DNA from: the human T2T-CHM13v2.0 reference genome, Homo sapiens
Length of the DNA stretch: 64,000 bases
Assembly: GCF_009914755.1 (NCBI RefSeq)
Contig: NC_060944.1
Direction: 5' to 3' (one strand)
The stretch's first letter is position 1. Each line of letters opens with the position of its first letter. The notes below the pieces were generated by a model, which saw nothing but the letters and a program-made list of their open reading frames with translations, made no database searches and was not told the DNA's origin. Shown piece after piece: positions 1 through 13,960 of this stretch. A program made the position numbers and the translations under genes.

Positions 1-219
1 GAGGTGGAGGTTGCAGTGAGCCAAGATCGCACCACTGCACTCCAGCCTGAATGACGAGAGAAACTCCATCTCAAAAAAAAAAAAAGTTCACAATGTTTAT
101 AATGTGGGAAATGACTAATACTTTAGAGAAATGGACAGGTTATAGAATTGGACAGACAATATAATAGAGATAGTGAAACGTGTATCTCTCCATATGAAAT
201 ACCATATATCATGTAAAGG

Positions 220-519
220 TTTTTTTTTTTTTTTTTTTTTGAGATGTCTTGCCCTGTCGCCCAGGCTGGAGTACAGTGGTGCAATCTCGGCTCACTACAA
301 TCTCTGCCTCCCAGGTTCAAACTATTTTCCTCCCTCAGCCTCCCAAGTACCTGGAATCACAGGCGTGCATCACTATGTCCAGCTAATTTTTGTATTTTTA
401 GTAGAGACGGGGTTTCACCGTGTTGGCCAGGCTGGTCTTGAACTCCTGACCTCAAGTGATCCACCTGCTTCGGCCTCCCGAAGTGCTGGGATTACAGGTG
501 TGAACCACCATGCCCAGGC
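220..519 (-). mobile_element. Alu (AluS-type)
   Basis: poly-T then full antisense Alu dimer. Confidence 0.9.
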
Positions 520-764
520 AAATTTTTTTTTATCATACTTTTTCTGTATTTTCCAAAACTTTTACTATCATCATATCTTTCTTTTAACAATCAGGCAAAA
601 AAACATTATAATAAATATAGTTTTGTCAACAAGTTGCTTTATTCTCCATGGGGAGACAACCATGAATTCATTTTTATTATATATTGGAAGTTACTTATGT
701 TGTGTAGTCAGTCCTTTGTTATCTGCAGGTGACATGTTTACTTTGTGAACTTTCAGCTAATTTT

Positions 765-1026
765 TAACTGTTTTGACTTTCTCCTTGCCTTCTCTAAATG
801 GCCTTTCCTGTTATTGGTTAGTGTGAGCCTGGAAGACAAACATGAATGTCATTCTAAGCCAGATAAAATTTGAAAGTCACGAGCCTGGGAGGCAGAGGTT
901 GCAATGAGTCGAGGTCGCTCTACTGCATTCCAGCCTGGGCAACAGAGCAAGACCTTGTTTCAAAAAAAAAAAAAAAATTGAAAGTCAAACCTGTAGTCCC
1001 AAGGCCACTGTACTGACTTTTAAAGA
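765..1026 (+). repeat. unclassified duplicated intronic element, copy A (split by a truncated Alu)
   Basis: 768-814 is identical over 47 nt to 2089-2135; similarity continues to ~1026 once the Alu at 880-977 is removed. Confidence 0.85.
880..977 (+). mobile_element. 5'-truncated Alu with TSD
   Basis: Right-arm 3' end plus A-tail; TSD aaaatttgaaagtca (865-879) / aaaattgaaagtca (974-987). Confidence 0.85.
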
Positions 1027-1743
1027 TAGTACTATCGAAGCAGTAGGCTTATATAGCTTTCCTTCTTGCTATTTGTGAGATAATAAGGTTCCTCCATAAT
1101 TGTATGTCTTAACAGGTTGAGAGACAATTGCAGCTGTTCCAGAAAATCAGCCATTTTCTCTGTCTTCAGGTTTTACTTTATAATAATTTAGGTAAACATT
1201 GCACCTTAAACTATATATGTATACTCCAATCCACATATATGTGTTTATCACATAGGTATATCCCTACCCAAAAATCTTAAGAAGATACACACAAGAATTT
1301 AGTAATGATTATCTCTAGGTGGCAGAATTATATTATTTGAAATGTTTTTGGCCAGAAAAACTGACCAGCAGTGACTTAAACCACAAGGCTATTTATTGTT
1401 TTCGTAACAAGAAAGAAGTCAGAGGCAAGCATTCAACTTTGGTTCCATGGCCTGGATAGCGACCATTTATTTGAGACCCAGGCTTTTTCCTTTTGTTCTT
1501 CCATTCAGAGGGTCAGCTTCTCAACCTTGAGTTTATTGTTTCGTGATTGCAGGATGGTGGTTGTAGCTCTATGCACCATGCTAGGTTTGGAATGGAAGTG
1601 AGAGGAAACGGGGCAGAGCCCAAATGTGGATTGCTGTGTGCTATAAGAAATGTTTAAGTGCTGCTTCTAAGGGATGAGCTATGTTCATTTCTCTTCCCAT
1701 TCTCCAAAGTTCAGACGATATGGCCGTCCCATTCTTTCCTCAG

Positions 1744-1916
1744 GTCTCCCACCATCCGGGACATGGCGATCCGCTGCATTGCCCAGATGGTGAACTCCCA
1801 GGCGGCCAACATCCGCTCAGGCTGGAAGAACATCTTTGCCGTGTTCCACCAGGCAGCCTCTGATCATGATGGGAACATTGTGGAGCTGGCCTTCCAGACC
1901 ACTTGCCACATTGTCA
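1744..1916 (+). CDS. ARFGEF2: ARFGEF2 (BIG2) coding exon 27 (numbered back from last exon = 39)
   Basis: ttcctcag|G...GTCA|gtaagt; encodes [57 protein letters not shown], large Sec7 ARF-GEF HDS region. Confidence 0.95.
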
Positions 1917-2083
1917 GTAAGTGGCTCTGTTCCCTCCCTACTAATGTCCCACCTGCAAGTCTAGAAGAGTGTCACTTGCTGTCTATTTTACTACCTACAG
2001 GGGCTTCCCTACCTTGGCTCTACTGTGATATAGTAATGTGCCAGGCCGTGTTGTAAGCGCTTGATGAGTGTTAATCTTGATCT

Positions 2084-2236
2084 TAACTCTGTTTTGACTT
2101 TCTCCTTGCCTTCTCTAAATGGCCTTTCCTGTTATCAGTCAGTTTGGGTCCAGCAGATAAACGTGAATGTTATTTCAAGCCAGATGAAATTTGAAAGTCA
2201 AATCAATCCCAAGGCCACTCTAATGACTATGAAAGA
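2084..2236 (+). repeat. unclassified duplicated intronic element, copy B
   Basis: Direct homologue of copy A on the other side of exon 27. Confidence 0.85.
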
Positions 2237-2240
2237 ATTA

Positions 2241-2906
2241 CAGTCAATCCTCATTATTGGTGGATTCCGTGTGTATACTCACTAAAATGTATATACATTA
2301 ATAACTCCACAACCAGTACTCATGGTGCTTTTGTGGTCATTTGCCAACATGTGCATGCACAGAAGAGCAAAAACTTGAGTCACCCAAGGCGCACGTTCCC
2401 AGTTGTGGTGGAAGAAGGTGGCACCCTGCCTTCTTGTTTGAGCTGTCATGACATAAACAAGTGTGCTTAATGTGGCCTATCGAGTGCCATGTTTTTTTAC
2501 ATTTTCGTGCTTTTTGTTGGTGATTTCACTGTTTAAAATGCCCCCCAAAGCATAGTGCTGAATGCTGGGTAGTATTCTATGTGCAGAAAGGCTGTGATGT
2601 GTCTTATGGAAAAAATATGTGTGTTAGATGAGCTTCCTTCAGGCATGAGTTACAGTGCTATATTGGCTGTGAGTTCGGTGTTAATGAATCAACAATATGT
2701 ATTAAATAAGGTGTCTTTTCAACAGGAACACACATACAACAAGGTTATGTCTTGATCAGCTGATGAAAATGTTCTGACCAGAGACTTGCAGGAATCTAGT
2801 TCCTTATCTCCATATTTTCTCTAAGAGCCATGGTTCAGTATTCTTGAATTCAGTGTTTATGGCAACTTTATAGAATGTAACTATCAGGAATAATGAGAAC
2901 AGACTA
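2241..2906 (-). mobile_element. MER82 (TcMar-Tigger DNA transposon), near full length
   Basis: TIRs cagtcaatcctcattatt / aataatgagaacagacta, preceded by TA; internal sequence matches recalled MER82 consensus. Confidence 0.8.
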
Positions 2907-2909
2907 TCT

Positions 2910-3040
2910 CATTATTTCCCCCATGTTACTAAAGAGGAAATTGAGGCACAGAAAAATAAATACAACAACTTGCCTGAGGACACACAGTTTCGATGTAGTG
3001 GAACCAGGACTTGCACTCGGGCAGTCGAGCCCAGAGTTAG
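2910..3040 (-). mobile_element. MIR fragment (5' portion at ~2032-2085)
   Basis: gaggaaattgaggcacag...acttgcctgaggacacacag MIR core. Confidence 0.7.
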
Positions 3041-3338
3041 TTTAGTGTCCCCCTCCTCTGGACTGACCAGGAGTCCTGGGTTCTGCCTGCGAGCACGTAA
3101 CAAGATGTTTACTTCATCTCTATGGAAATTTTTAGGCATCGAGTCATCTTTGCACATAGTTGGCGTTCAATAAATGAATGAATTGATATTTGGGCCTTTA
3201 CATCATTGCTTGAGCGCAGGAAGACTGTCTAGCCCAAGCTGTACCCAGTGCATTCATTCCTGAGTAATTTAATAAGAAAAACTGTCTTCCAAAGATACTG
3301 ACATGCTTTTCTTAGATTTTCACAGTTAATTATCTCTG

Positions 3339-3375
3339 ATGTATGTGTGTGTGTGTGTGTGTGCACGCACGTGCA
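3339..3375 (+). repeat. (TG)10 microsatellite in a 37-nt alternating purine-pyrimidine tract
   Basis: atgtatgtgtgtgtgtgtgtgtgtgcacgcacgtgca. Confidence 0.9.
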
Positions 3376-3435
3376 TTTTTTCATCCCCATTTCTAAATCC
3401 TGGTCTTACGAAAAATGTGCCTTGTGTTCCCCCAG

Positions 3436-3596
3436 CAACTATTTTCCAGCACCATTTTCCTGCAGCCATCGATTCCTTTCAGGATGCTGTGAAGTGCTTA
3501 TCAGAGTTCGCCTGCAACGCCGCTTTCCCTGACACGAGCATGGAAGCGATTCGGCTCATCCGCTTCTGTGGCAAATACGTCTCTGAGAGGCCTCGG
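3436..3596 (+). CDS. ARFGEF2: ARFGEF2 exon 28
   Basis: cccag|CA...CGG|gttcgt; [53 protein letters not shown]; phase continuous. Confidence 0.93.
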
Positions 3597-4244
3597 GTTC
3601 GTTTTTCCCCACCTTACTCAGATGGGCAGTGAAGGGAAAAGGTCATGGAGCAGAAATTCTTGCTCCTAACAAAGAGCTTTCCAGCTACTCTTTTAGAAAT
3701 GTGTGTTTGCCCTAAATTAGGTGTTTATTTCAAAATGCTGCCATGACAGGGAGTTAGGCCTTTTCATTATTTGGTATATGTGAAATTCTGTATTTTATTC
3801 ATACTGAATCTATGGTATTCTACAAATTGTTTTTGTAGAAGTTAGTTGTATTTTAGCTTTTGTATTTTGGCAAAGCTCAAGAAGCTAGACGTTTCTATTT
3901 GAAAGAAAACAAACCTCCCTTGTAGGAAATGGCATTATGTCTTTGTAATGTGCCTGAGAAATCATATTTAAAAATCACCTTTTGTTTTCTCCTGAAAATG
4001 ATGGGGTTTTTGTTTGTTTGTTTGTTTGTTTGTTTGATGTGTCTCATCTTTCTAAAGAGGCCTATTTGGTTTAAATGACAGAGTCCCAAAACACTGAAAT
4101 AGGGTGAAAACAAGTCCATCTAAACTATGATGTCCTGTGTAGATCTCTACTTAAGTTTCCTTTACAGAAAGAGCTATAAACCTGTAAGGTGATATGTCTC
4201 ATCTCTTACAACAGCTCACTAAGATGTGATGATAATGGGAGCCA

Positions 4245-4700
4245 ATGTTGATTGAGCACTTAGTACTTGTTGGGCACCATTCTAGGTATTTTCTGTATGT
4301 TGATTCATTTAGTCCCCATGTCAGACCTATGAGATGTAATTATATCCCATTGTACAGGAGAGTTACTGAAGCACAGAGAGAAATTGCCTAACATTACATA
4401 ACCAGAGTTGCTAAAGAAATTTCAGTACCACTTCAAGAGTGGTTACAGAGCAGAGGGGTCAAAATCCCAGAAATAGGGCAGAGAGTAGGGCTATACATGC
4501 AGACTGTAGAAAGACTGCCAGGTCCTAGCTGTATGACCTTGAGCAGCTTACTGAAGCTCTTGATGCCTCAGTTAATTCATCTATAACCTAGGACCATTGT
4601 TTCTACCTGCCACTTGGAATCCTTGTGAGAATTGTTAATCCATGAAAAGAACTTTAACAGTGCCTGGCCCATAGCAAGCACTCAGTCAATAGTAGCTGCT
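4245..4700. mobile_element. two MIR fragments in opposite orientation
   Basis: ttgagcacttagtac...actgaagcacagagag (-) and ctgtatgaccttgagcagcttact...gcctcagtt (+). Confidence 0.6.
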
Positions 4701-5079
4701 GGTATTATTTTAAGTAATGTGTATGACAGTAACATTCCAGAAAGACCTAAGATAATGATACATCCTGGATATTTTGTCAATACTATTTGACCTTTAAGCT
4801 CTTCTTAGTATAACACCTCCCACCCCCAGGACTCTTGTGATCTGCCCCCCTTCAACTTGTTCTAAAACCCGCAGAGGTCCATAGGTTTGTACTGGGAAAC
4901 TGCTCATATGCCCTTTGGGACAGATAATGTCTTTGTGTAGTCTGTTCCCACTGTACCCTTGCTGAATGGAGATTTTTGGGAGAGAAAAATGTGTGGGGCC
5001 TTAATCTGCATATAGTTCCCTTTCAGTTCCTTCCTTTTGCATGCTTAGTTTACACCTGAGATGTGATTTTTCATCCTAG

Positions 5080-5211
<132 letters not shown>

Positions 5212-5346
5212 TAACCATGTTCCCGTGCGGTGGCCCCTTACATCACTGAAATGAACCTCAGTCACTTGCTCACCTGACCCCACTCTCTTCTCTGTTGTTC
5301 TCTTCTCCACCATTCTCTCTTCTGTGCCTGACTTTGTTTCCTCCAG

Positions 5347-5476
5347 GGGACTCACAGTCATGTTTGAGATCATGAAGAGCTATGGCCACACCTTTGAAAA
5401 GCACTGGTGGCAGGACCTGTTCAGAATCGTGTTTCGGATTTTTGACAATATGAAACTCCCTGAGCAACTGTCAGAG
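5347..5476 (+). CDS. ARFGEF2: ARFGEF2 exon 30
   Basis: ctccag|G...GAG|gtaggt; [43 protein letters not shown]. Confidence 0.95.
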
Positions 5477-6609
5477 GTAGGTGATAACTACAGCACTGCC
5501 CTAGGTATGATGGAGAGGAAAGCCTTTCTGGCCGGTATTTGCCTCTGGGGGCTGCATCATCGTCTACCCAGAGTTCTTAAATACTGAGCAACTTAAGGTT
5601 TTAAAAATGGAAACACCTTTCTGATACTCTCCTACCAGTATCAGCTAGTCCTGAGTGACTCTCCCCATGTTCAGAAGAATGAGAGGAAATACATCTCTGT
5701 GGTCTGCTGCTTGGCCCTCAGGCATTGCACCTTCCAGTTCAGCAGGGCTCCTGACTGGTCGTTGTAGTTGTTTTGTTCATATCAACCTCTGAGCAGTCAG
5801 AAAGTGGAATGTCTCTGGCCCCTTAAGGGTTTTTAATGAAGTTGCATTTGGAGATGATGTTGAATATTAAGCCTTTTTTTTAAAAGGAAGTTTGATGCCT
5901 GTAGGTATTTTTATTTGTCCCTTAGAGGTACAGGGATAGTGAAAGGGTATTCTAGGCTCAGGATTTTTAGATGGAAAAGTAACCTTTTTATTTCTTTTGG
6001 GAACACCATTCCTTCTCTCACCGCAACATAAAAGTGACATATGCTTAATATGGAATATTAGGCAAACACAAAAAAATTCTTCCTTTTACCATCCAAAATT
6101 AGAGTTAATGTTTTTGCAAAATTTTCTCCATCTTCTACATGGTTTAAATATGATTCGGAGGCCAGGCACAATGGCTCATGCCTATAATCCCAGCATTTTG
6201 GGAAGGTGAGGTGGGAGGATTACTTGAGGCCAAGAGTTTGGGACCAGCCTAGGCAACATAGTGAGACCATATCTCTTAAATAAATAAATAAATATGGTTG
6301 AGGTCATAGTATAGATAGAGTTTTCTAATCTTTTTAAATTTAAATATGTTTTTCCTCATTATAAAACAAGTAGAACTACAGAACACAGACAAAAACAAAG
6401 AAGAATTTAAACACTCACAGTTGCGGTTTTTCATAGGCAGCCACCGTTAAGACCTTCAAGTGTTGCTTTCATCTGTGTGTCCACCCACACATGCATTTGT
6501 GATCCACTTTTTTCTTCTATGAAAATAGAATTCCAACACACGTATATAAACTACTTCTTAAACTTAATACATGAGTATTTTTTCGTAGCCATAACTTTTC
6601 TTCTAGAAT

Positions 6610-6928
6610 GTTTTGTTTGTTTGTTCCTTTGCTTTGTTTCGTTTTTTTGAGACAGAGTCTTGCTCTGTTGCCCAGGCTGGAGTGCAGTGGTGTGATCTCG
6701 GCTCACAGCAACCTCTGTCTCCTGGGTTAAGCAATTCTCCTGCCTCAGCCTCCCAAGTAGCTGGGACTGCAGGCTAATGCCACCATGTCCAGGTAATTTT
6801 TGTAATTTAAATAGAGACAAGATCTCACCATGTTGGCCAGGCTGGTCTCAAACTCCTGACCTCAAGTGATCCACCCGCCTCAGCCTCCAAAGTGCAGGGA
6901 TTACAGGTGTGAGCCACCACACCCAGCC
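6610..6928 (-). mobile_element. Alu (AluS-type) with TSD
   Basis: TSD tttcttctagaatgtt / tttcttctacaatgtt. Confidence 0.9.
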
Positions 6929-7795
6929 TTTCTTCTACAATGTTGTTTTAATAATGGCTACAAAATAGTCTTAGTTGTGGATGTTCCACAGCTTATGAAC
7001 ATTTAGGTTGCTTTCCGGTTTTTCTGGACAGCACTGAAATGAACATTTTTTGCAGCTACACTTCTAGTGGTGGTGTTTTCTTCTTTAAAGACAAGTGGCC
7101 CAACTGCCAGGTTTGGGGCCTGCGTATTACTAAGCCTTTTGATACGTACCACTAAGCTGACCTGCAGATATCTCTGTAGCCATTTACACTTCTGTCAGCA
7201 ATGCATGAGAGTTCCTATTTCTCCATATTCATTCCAGGTCTTCTCATTTTAATTTGTTTTAGTCATTGCTAATTTGATAAGCCAACTGTATCACATTGAA
7301 AAAGTGTTTCAAACTGCTAGTGAGGTGGCATATTTTCTCTCATAGGATTGATCATTCTTAAGAATTGCCTTTTATGAATTCTTTTATGAATTACTCTTAG
7401 CTCATCTACTGGATTATTCATCTTTCTCCTATTGATTTATGCATTTTTAAATATATAAATAATGTAGCATATGCATACATGAGTTGCAGATGATTTGCCC
7501 ACTTTATTATTTCCTTTTCATTTTGGAAAATTTAGCTTTTAAGTAACCAAATCTATGCGTTTTTTATTTATTTTTTTATTCCACTTCTGGCTTCCACTTT
7601 TGGCATCATTACCATAATTTTATAAAGATCCCTCTGTATATCCTCTGTACATATGAATGTATTAACATTTTTAAGACGTATTCTTGATACATATCACCAA
7701 ATTGCTTTCTACAACAGTTTTGCCAGGAGTGTACAAGAATGCCCATCTCACTGCAGGGAGAATAGCTTTTAAGTGTCATCTTTTTGTTTTCCCAG

Positions 7796-7931
7796 AAATC
7801 TGAGTGGATGACAACAACCTGCAATCACGCACTTTATGCTATTTGTGATGTTTTTACCCAGTTTTATGAAGCTTTGAATGAAGTTCTTCTTTCTGATGTA
7901 TTTGCACAATTGCAGTGGTGTGTCAAACAAG
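7796..7931 (+). CDS. ARFGEF2: ARFGEF2 exon 31
   Basis: cccag|AAA...AAG|gtactc; [45 protein letters not shown]. Confidence 0.95.
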
Positions 7932-8764
7932 GTACTCTTTAAGCCTCTAGGCATCATTTTTCTTACATAGTCTTTAATGAGAGGTTAGTTTTTTCAATAT
8001 TTAAAAGCATGGATGTAGTGCCATGGAGTACAATATATAATTTAGTTGGTGAAATGTATACGTTTTAATTACAGTATAAAAAACAGTGCCCCCCCCAAGT
8101 CAGTTCATAAAGCATTTCTTAAAGATGGGATATAGTTATTTTTGTATTCTACAAGATGTACCTTCATGTATTATACTGTTCTTTTTACTTTTGTATATGT
8201 TTGAAATTTTCTCTAGTAAAATGTTTTTAAAATGTATTGTTTCAGTCAAGATCAACAGCTTCATCAACAGACAATTATTTTAGAGTTTGTCAGGAAAAAT
8301 ACCCAGCTAGCACATTAGAACTGGATTCCATAGATAATTTTGGCTTAGGGCAAGAAATTTAGTTACATTTTTGAAAAAGTGACTTAATTTTAAAATAAAT
8401 GACAAAACATTTGATATTGTTCAGGTGGCAAAAATTGGAAATGTAATGTATGAGTGACTAAATTTTTGAAAACCTGGTCTAATGTTTTCTCTCTTCTATT
8501 ACCATTTTTCATACATGAGCCACTTAATTTAAAGTAGCAAAATGTTGACCTTTCTTCTTTAGCAATAAAACTATGATAAACAATTTTAACTCTTCAAAAA
8601 AATTTTAATAAAAATTTTAATACTGTCTGTAGCATGGCTTCATTAATTAAAAGCCTAGAAACTCACCAGTTGCTGTCTCCAACTCACAATATACAGTATT
8701 TGAGACCTGGTTGGCATCAAAATAGCAGTAGAAGTTTAATGATAGATACTGCTTTATTTTACAG

Positions 8765-8903
8765 ATAATGAACAGTTGGCGCGATCAGGTACAAATTGCT
8801 TAGAAAACTTAGTAATATCCAATGGAGAGAAATTCAGTCCTGAAGTCTGGGATGAAACCTGCAACTGTATGTTGGATATTTTCAAAACAACCATCCCACA
8901 TGT
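8765..8903 (+). CDS. ARFGEF2: ARFGEF2 exon 32
   Basis: ttacag|AT...GT|gtaagt; [45 protein letters not shown]. Confidence 0.95.
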
Positions 8904-9011
8904 GTAAGTGTTCATGCAGTTGTTCCCGTTTATCTCTGTGTTCAGTGGATGTCTTAAAGCTCCTGATTGCCTTTCACATTGATTATTTTTTTTCTCTATT
9001 TTTTTCTTCAG

Positions 9012-9066
9012 TTTGCTGACATGGAGACCTGTAGGAATGGAGGAAGATTCATCAGAAAAGCATTTG
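9012..9066 (+). CDS. ARFGEF2: ARFGEF2 exon 33
   Basis: cttcag|T...TTG|gtagga; LLTWRPVGMEEDSSEKHL; phase 2 to 0 fits neighbours. Confidence 0.9.
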
Positions 9067-9695
9067 GTAGGATTTGGGGTTTTTCTTTGGTTGTCTTTTC
9101 TTTTTTCTATCTTAGTAAAAGATCAATAAGCCTGTATAGTTTGTACTTTTTTTAATGGGAAGTGAGTAAAATTATAAGATCTAAAAATAGTATATATTCA
9201 TAATATATTTTTTAGAAAGTCCAGAAAAGCATTAAGCAAATAAGTAACCTCACCAAGTAAAAAGCACAGTTTACATTTCTAGCTGCCGCTTTGTGTGACC
9301 GTGCATGCCTAGGAAAACCAGCCATATTTGAAATGAGGGATCAGTTAGCATATAACAACATCTGAGCATTTTTCCATATTTTAAACGGTTCTTTGAGAGC
9401 AGTCTTTTCAGTGGCTGCATAGTATTATAATTTCTTTACTTCTCCCTTATCGGACTCTCAGGTTAGTTCTAGGCTTTCAACATTGTAAATAGTGCTTTGG
9501 CGTAACTGTGCTTGTTTGTTGCCCTCCTAAATTAATAGTGCTTTCCTCTTCACCAAAGAAGTGGTAGTTCTTACTTTTTGTGTGAGTCCACATAAAGAAG
9601 TTTTAATTCAGATCTCACTTTTAAATACTTTGGTTTACAGAGAGGAGTTGAATTAACTTTTATTCCTAAGTGACTCTAAGACCATTAGATTTTAA

Positions 9696-10073
<378 letters not shown>

Positions 10074-10399
10074 TAGTTACTGCACTAGTAATTTATCTTT
10101 GAACTTGCTCGCATAAAAAATTTGTCACACTTATTGTTAAATCCTAATATGTAGAGAAATGTCCTCTGGGTTGGAATAGGAAAATAGGGAATTTTAATGG
10201 GAGGAGAAGTAATTTAAATTCTTAATCTCTCCATTGCAGCCTGTGAGGCATGCTACATTAAGCATGTAGTATCATTTTATTTTGAGCTAAGCAAGGCACT
10301 TAAATACAGGCTGGACCAGCCGTGTTAAAACAGGCACATCTCTGCCCAAATTATCATGAAGAAAAGTGAGCATTGTGTTTCCCTCTGGTTTACATTTAG

Positions 10400-10514
10400 G
10401 ATGTGGATCTGGACCGCCAGTCTTTAAGCAGCATAGATAAAAATCCCTCTGAGAGGGGACAGAGCCAGCTCTCTAACCCAACAGATGACAGCTGGAAGGG
10501 TAGACCATACGCAA
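10400..10514 (+). CDS. ARFGEF2: ARFGEF2 exon 34
   Basis: tttag|GAT...GCAA|gtaagg; DVDLDRQSLSSIDKNPSERGQSQLSNPTDDSWKGRPYA. Confidence 0.9.
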
Positions 10515-10711
10515 GTAAGGCCACTTTTTAATTTGTTTTAAATAAGTAACATGTTTATGTGATTCATATATTCAGAAGGCACAAAAGGGTAAACATGATA
10601 AGCCTTCTTCTGCCCTGTGCCTCAGTCTGCCAGTTCTCTGTAGCAGCCAAGGTTACCTGTTTCTCTGTACCTTTCCAGAGTCATTTTATCCATGTGCAGG
10701 CAAGTACATGC

Positions 10712-10867
10712 ACATATACATTCATATACATACATATATAGTACATACGAATTTTCTCCTTTTACCAGTTATGGAATAGTACATTCCATATACATTGACA
10801 TATACATTCACACACATACATATATAGTACATATGAATTTTCTCCTTTTACCAGTTATGGAATAGTA
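10712..10867 (+). repeat. tandem duplication, ~70 bp unit, period 86
   Basis: acatatacattca..tacatatatagtacata.gaattttctccttttaccagttatggaatagta at 10712-10781 and 10798-10867. Confidence 0.9.
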
Positions 10868-11964
10868 TGCCTTATTCTTTTTTCAGTTAATATATTTTAG
10901 AGATCATTCAAAATCAGTACATAAGGAGCTTTCACGTTGTTTTATACGATTGTCTATTATTCCAGTTTGTAGACATGCATTTATTGCTTAATTGAGTTGC
11001 TCTTAACAGACATTTATATTACTTATAATCTTTTGCTGTTAGGAGCAATACTGCATTGAATAACCCAATACATATGTCATTTGTGAATTTATGTAATAAA
11101 TTCCTAAAAATGTACTGGAGTCAGTGGATAAGTGAATTTGCCATTTTTAAATATTTCCACATTGCTATCTATTACATTTGTAGCTGTTTACGTGATCTTT
11201 TTAGATGAAATACAACTTTGGACTAATTTAACTTGGAATTTTCAAATTATGAGTCAAATTGAATAGTTTTTCGTATGTTAAAGCACCACTTCTGTTTTCT
11301 TCTCTATGAACTCTGTAATCTTTGCTCATTTTCTGTTGATTGTTGGCCCCTTTTTTATTGGTTTGGAGGAGCTCTTATGTACTAGAAATCCTTTTTCTGA
11401 TATGAGTTTCAAATTATTTTTGCCAAATTGTCTCTTAATGTTGCTTATGATGTGTTTTACTGTCATTTAAAAAAATAAGTTTAACAGCTGTCATGTACCA
11501 GGCACTGTACTGTGTGTTCCATGTGTATTGTTTCATGTAATCCTCATAGTAGCCTTTGAAGAGGTACTGTCTTACGTTTGAGGGAACTGGGGCTTAGACA
11601 GATCATAGAACTTGACAACATGTAGTAGAGTGGGGATTCAGACACATTTTTGGCAGCCTGAGGAATGGGAACTTGTGAAGGTTGTTCTGGTCCTTTGAAA
11701 GTTGTGTGCCCCATTGTTTGCCTTTATAGCAGTCCCACCCTGTCCTCAACATGCTAGGCCATAGCTGTTAACATTGAAGTTAACTTCTGAAGCAGCACAT
11801 TTGACCAAAACAGTGTGCGGTCACCTTTTTCTTTAGAAGGAATAAAAGTAGTCACCCTTGAAATTCATTAAAGAGGTATCGTGTTGGGACTGGCATGCTG
11901 TCTTTCACTAACTGCTGCAGCCAGCTTCTCTCCAATGCCCAGTGATAGAATGATACCTTTTTCA

Positions 11965-12289
<325 letters not shown>

Positions 12290-13081
12290 TAGTTAGTTTC
12301 TGTGTGGAGGCCAAGTATACATTTCTTTCAATAGGAGAAGCACTCTCCGTGCAGTGAGAGTCTACACTCTGAGAAGTACCTAGGACTCAATCCACCTCCC
12401 ATTCCCCCAGGGAACAGTGCCTTTGCTGCTCCCAGTCTCCCAGCTCAGCCATAAGCTCAGGCAGACAAAAATCTTTGCACTATTATTATCGTTTCCTTTT
12501 TATTTTTGGCCCAAAATGTTTTAATTGACTTGGCATAAGTTGAATGTACATCTTCTGGAACTCCACTGTATTAAAAAAAAAAATTTAAAACAATCTACAT
12601 GGAGAATTGTTACGTGTTTTTATAATTTCATAACTGGCGAGGTGCAGTGGCTCACACCTGTAATCCCAGCACTTTGGGAGACCAGGACCAATGGATAGCT
12701 TGAGCCCAGGAATTTGAGACCAGCCTGGGCAACATGGTGAGACCCCATCTCTAAGAAGAAAAAAAAAATTTTTTTTTTAATGAAAAAAATGAAAAAATAA
12801 TTTCACAGCCACTTTCAAAAACTTAAAGACAACTCAACCTCCTTGTTTTCTATCACTGAAATATTTAATGTTTTCAACATTCTGATTTTATAAAATAAGT
12901 TGGGAAAGGAATCTCTACTGTTACTGTAGACAAACCAGTGAACACTTATGATGTATTTGACATGGGCCACCCTTGGGCCCTCAGGGATTGAGAACACAAA
13001 GAGGATATAGTTAGTCTACTCAGTAAGCAGAAACCACACCGCTAATTTGAACAGGGAAAATTCAATATTAAGAATTGTTGG

Positions 13082-13960
<879 letters not shown>

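Noticed and set aside
2062-2245. Copy B as a C/D or H/ACA snoRNA (TGATGA at 2062, ACA at 2240)
   Set aside because: TGATGA lies in MIR-like sequence and is absent from copy A; no matching CTGA; the ACA is formed by the MER82 junction
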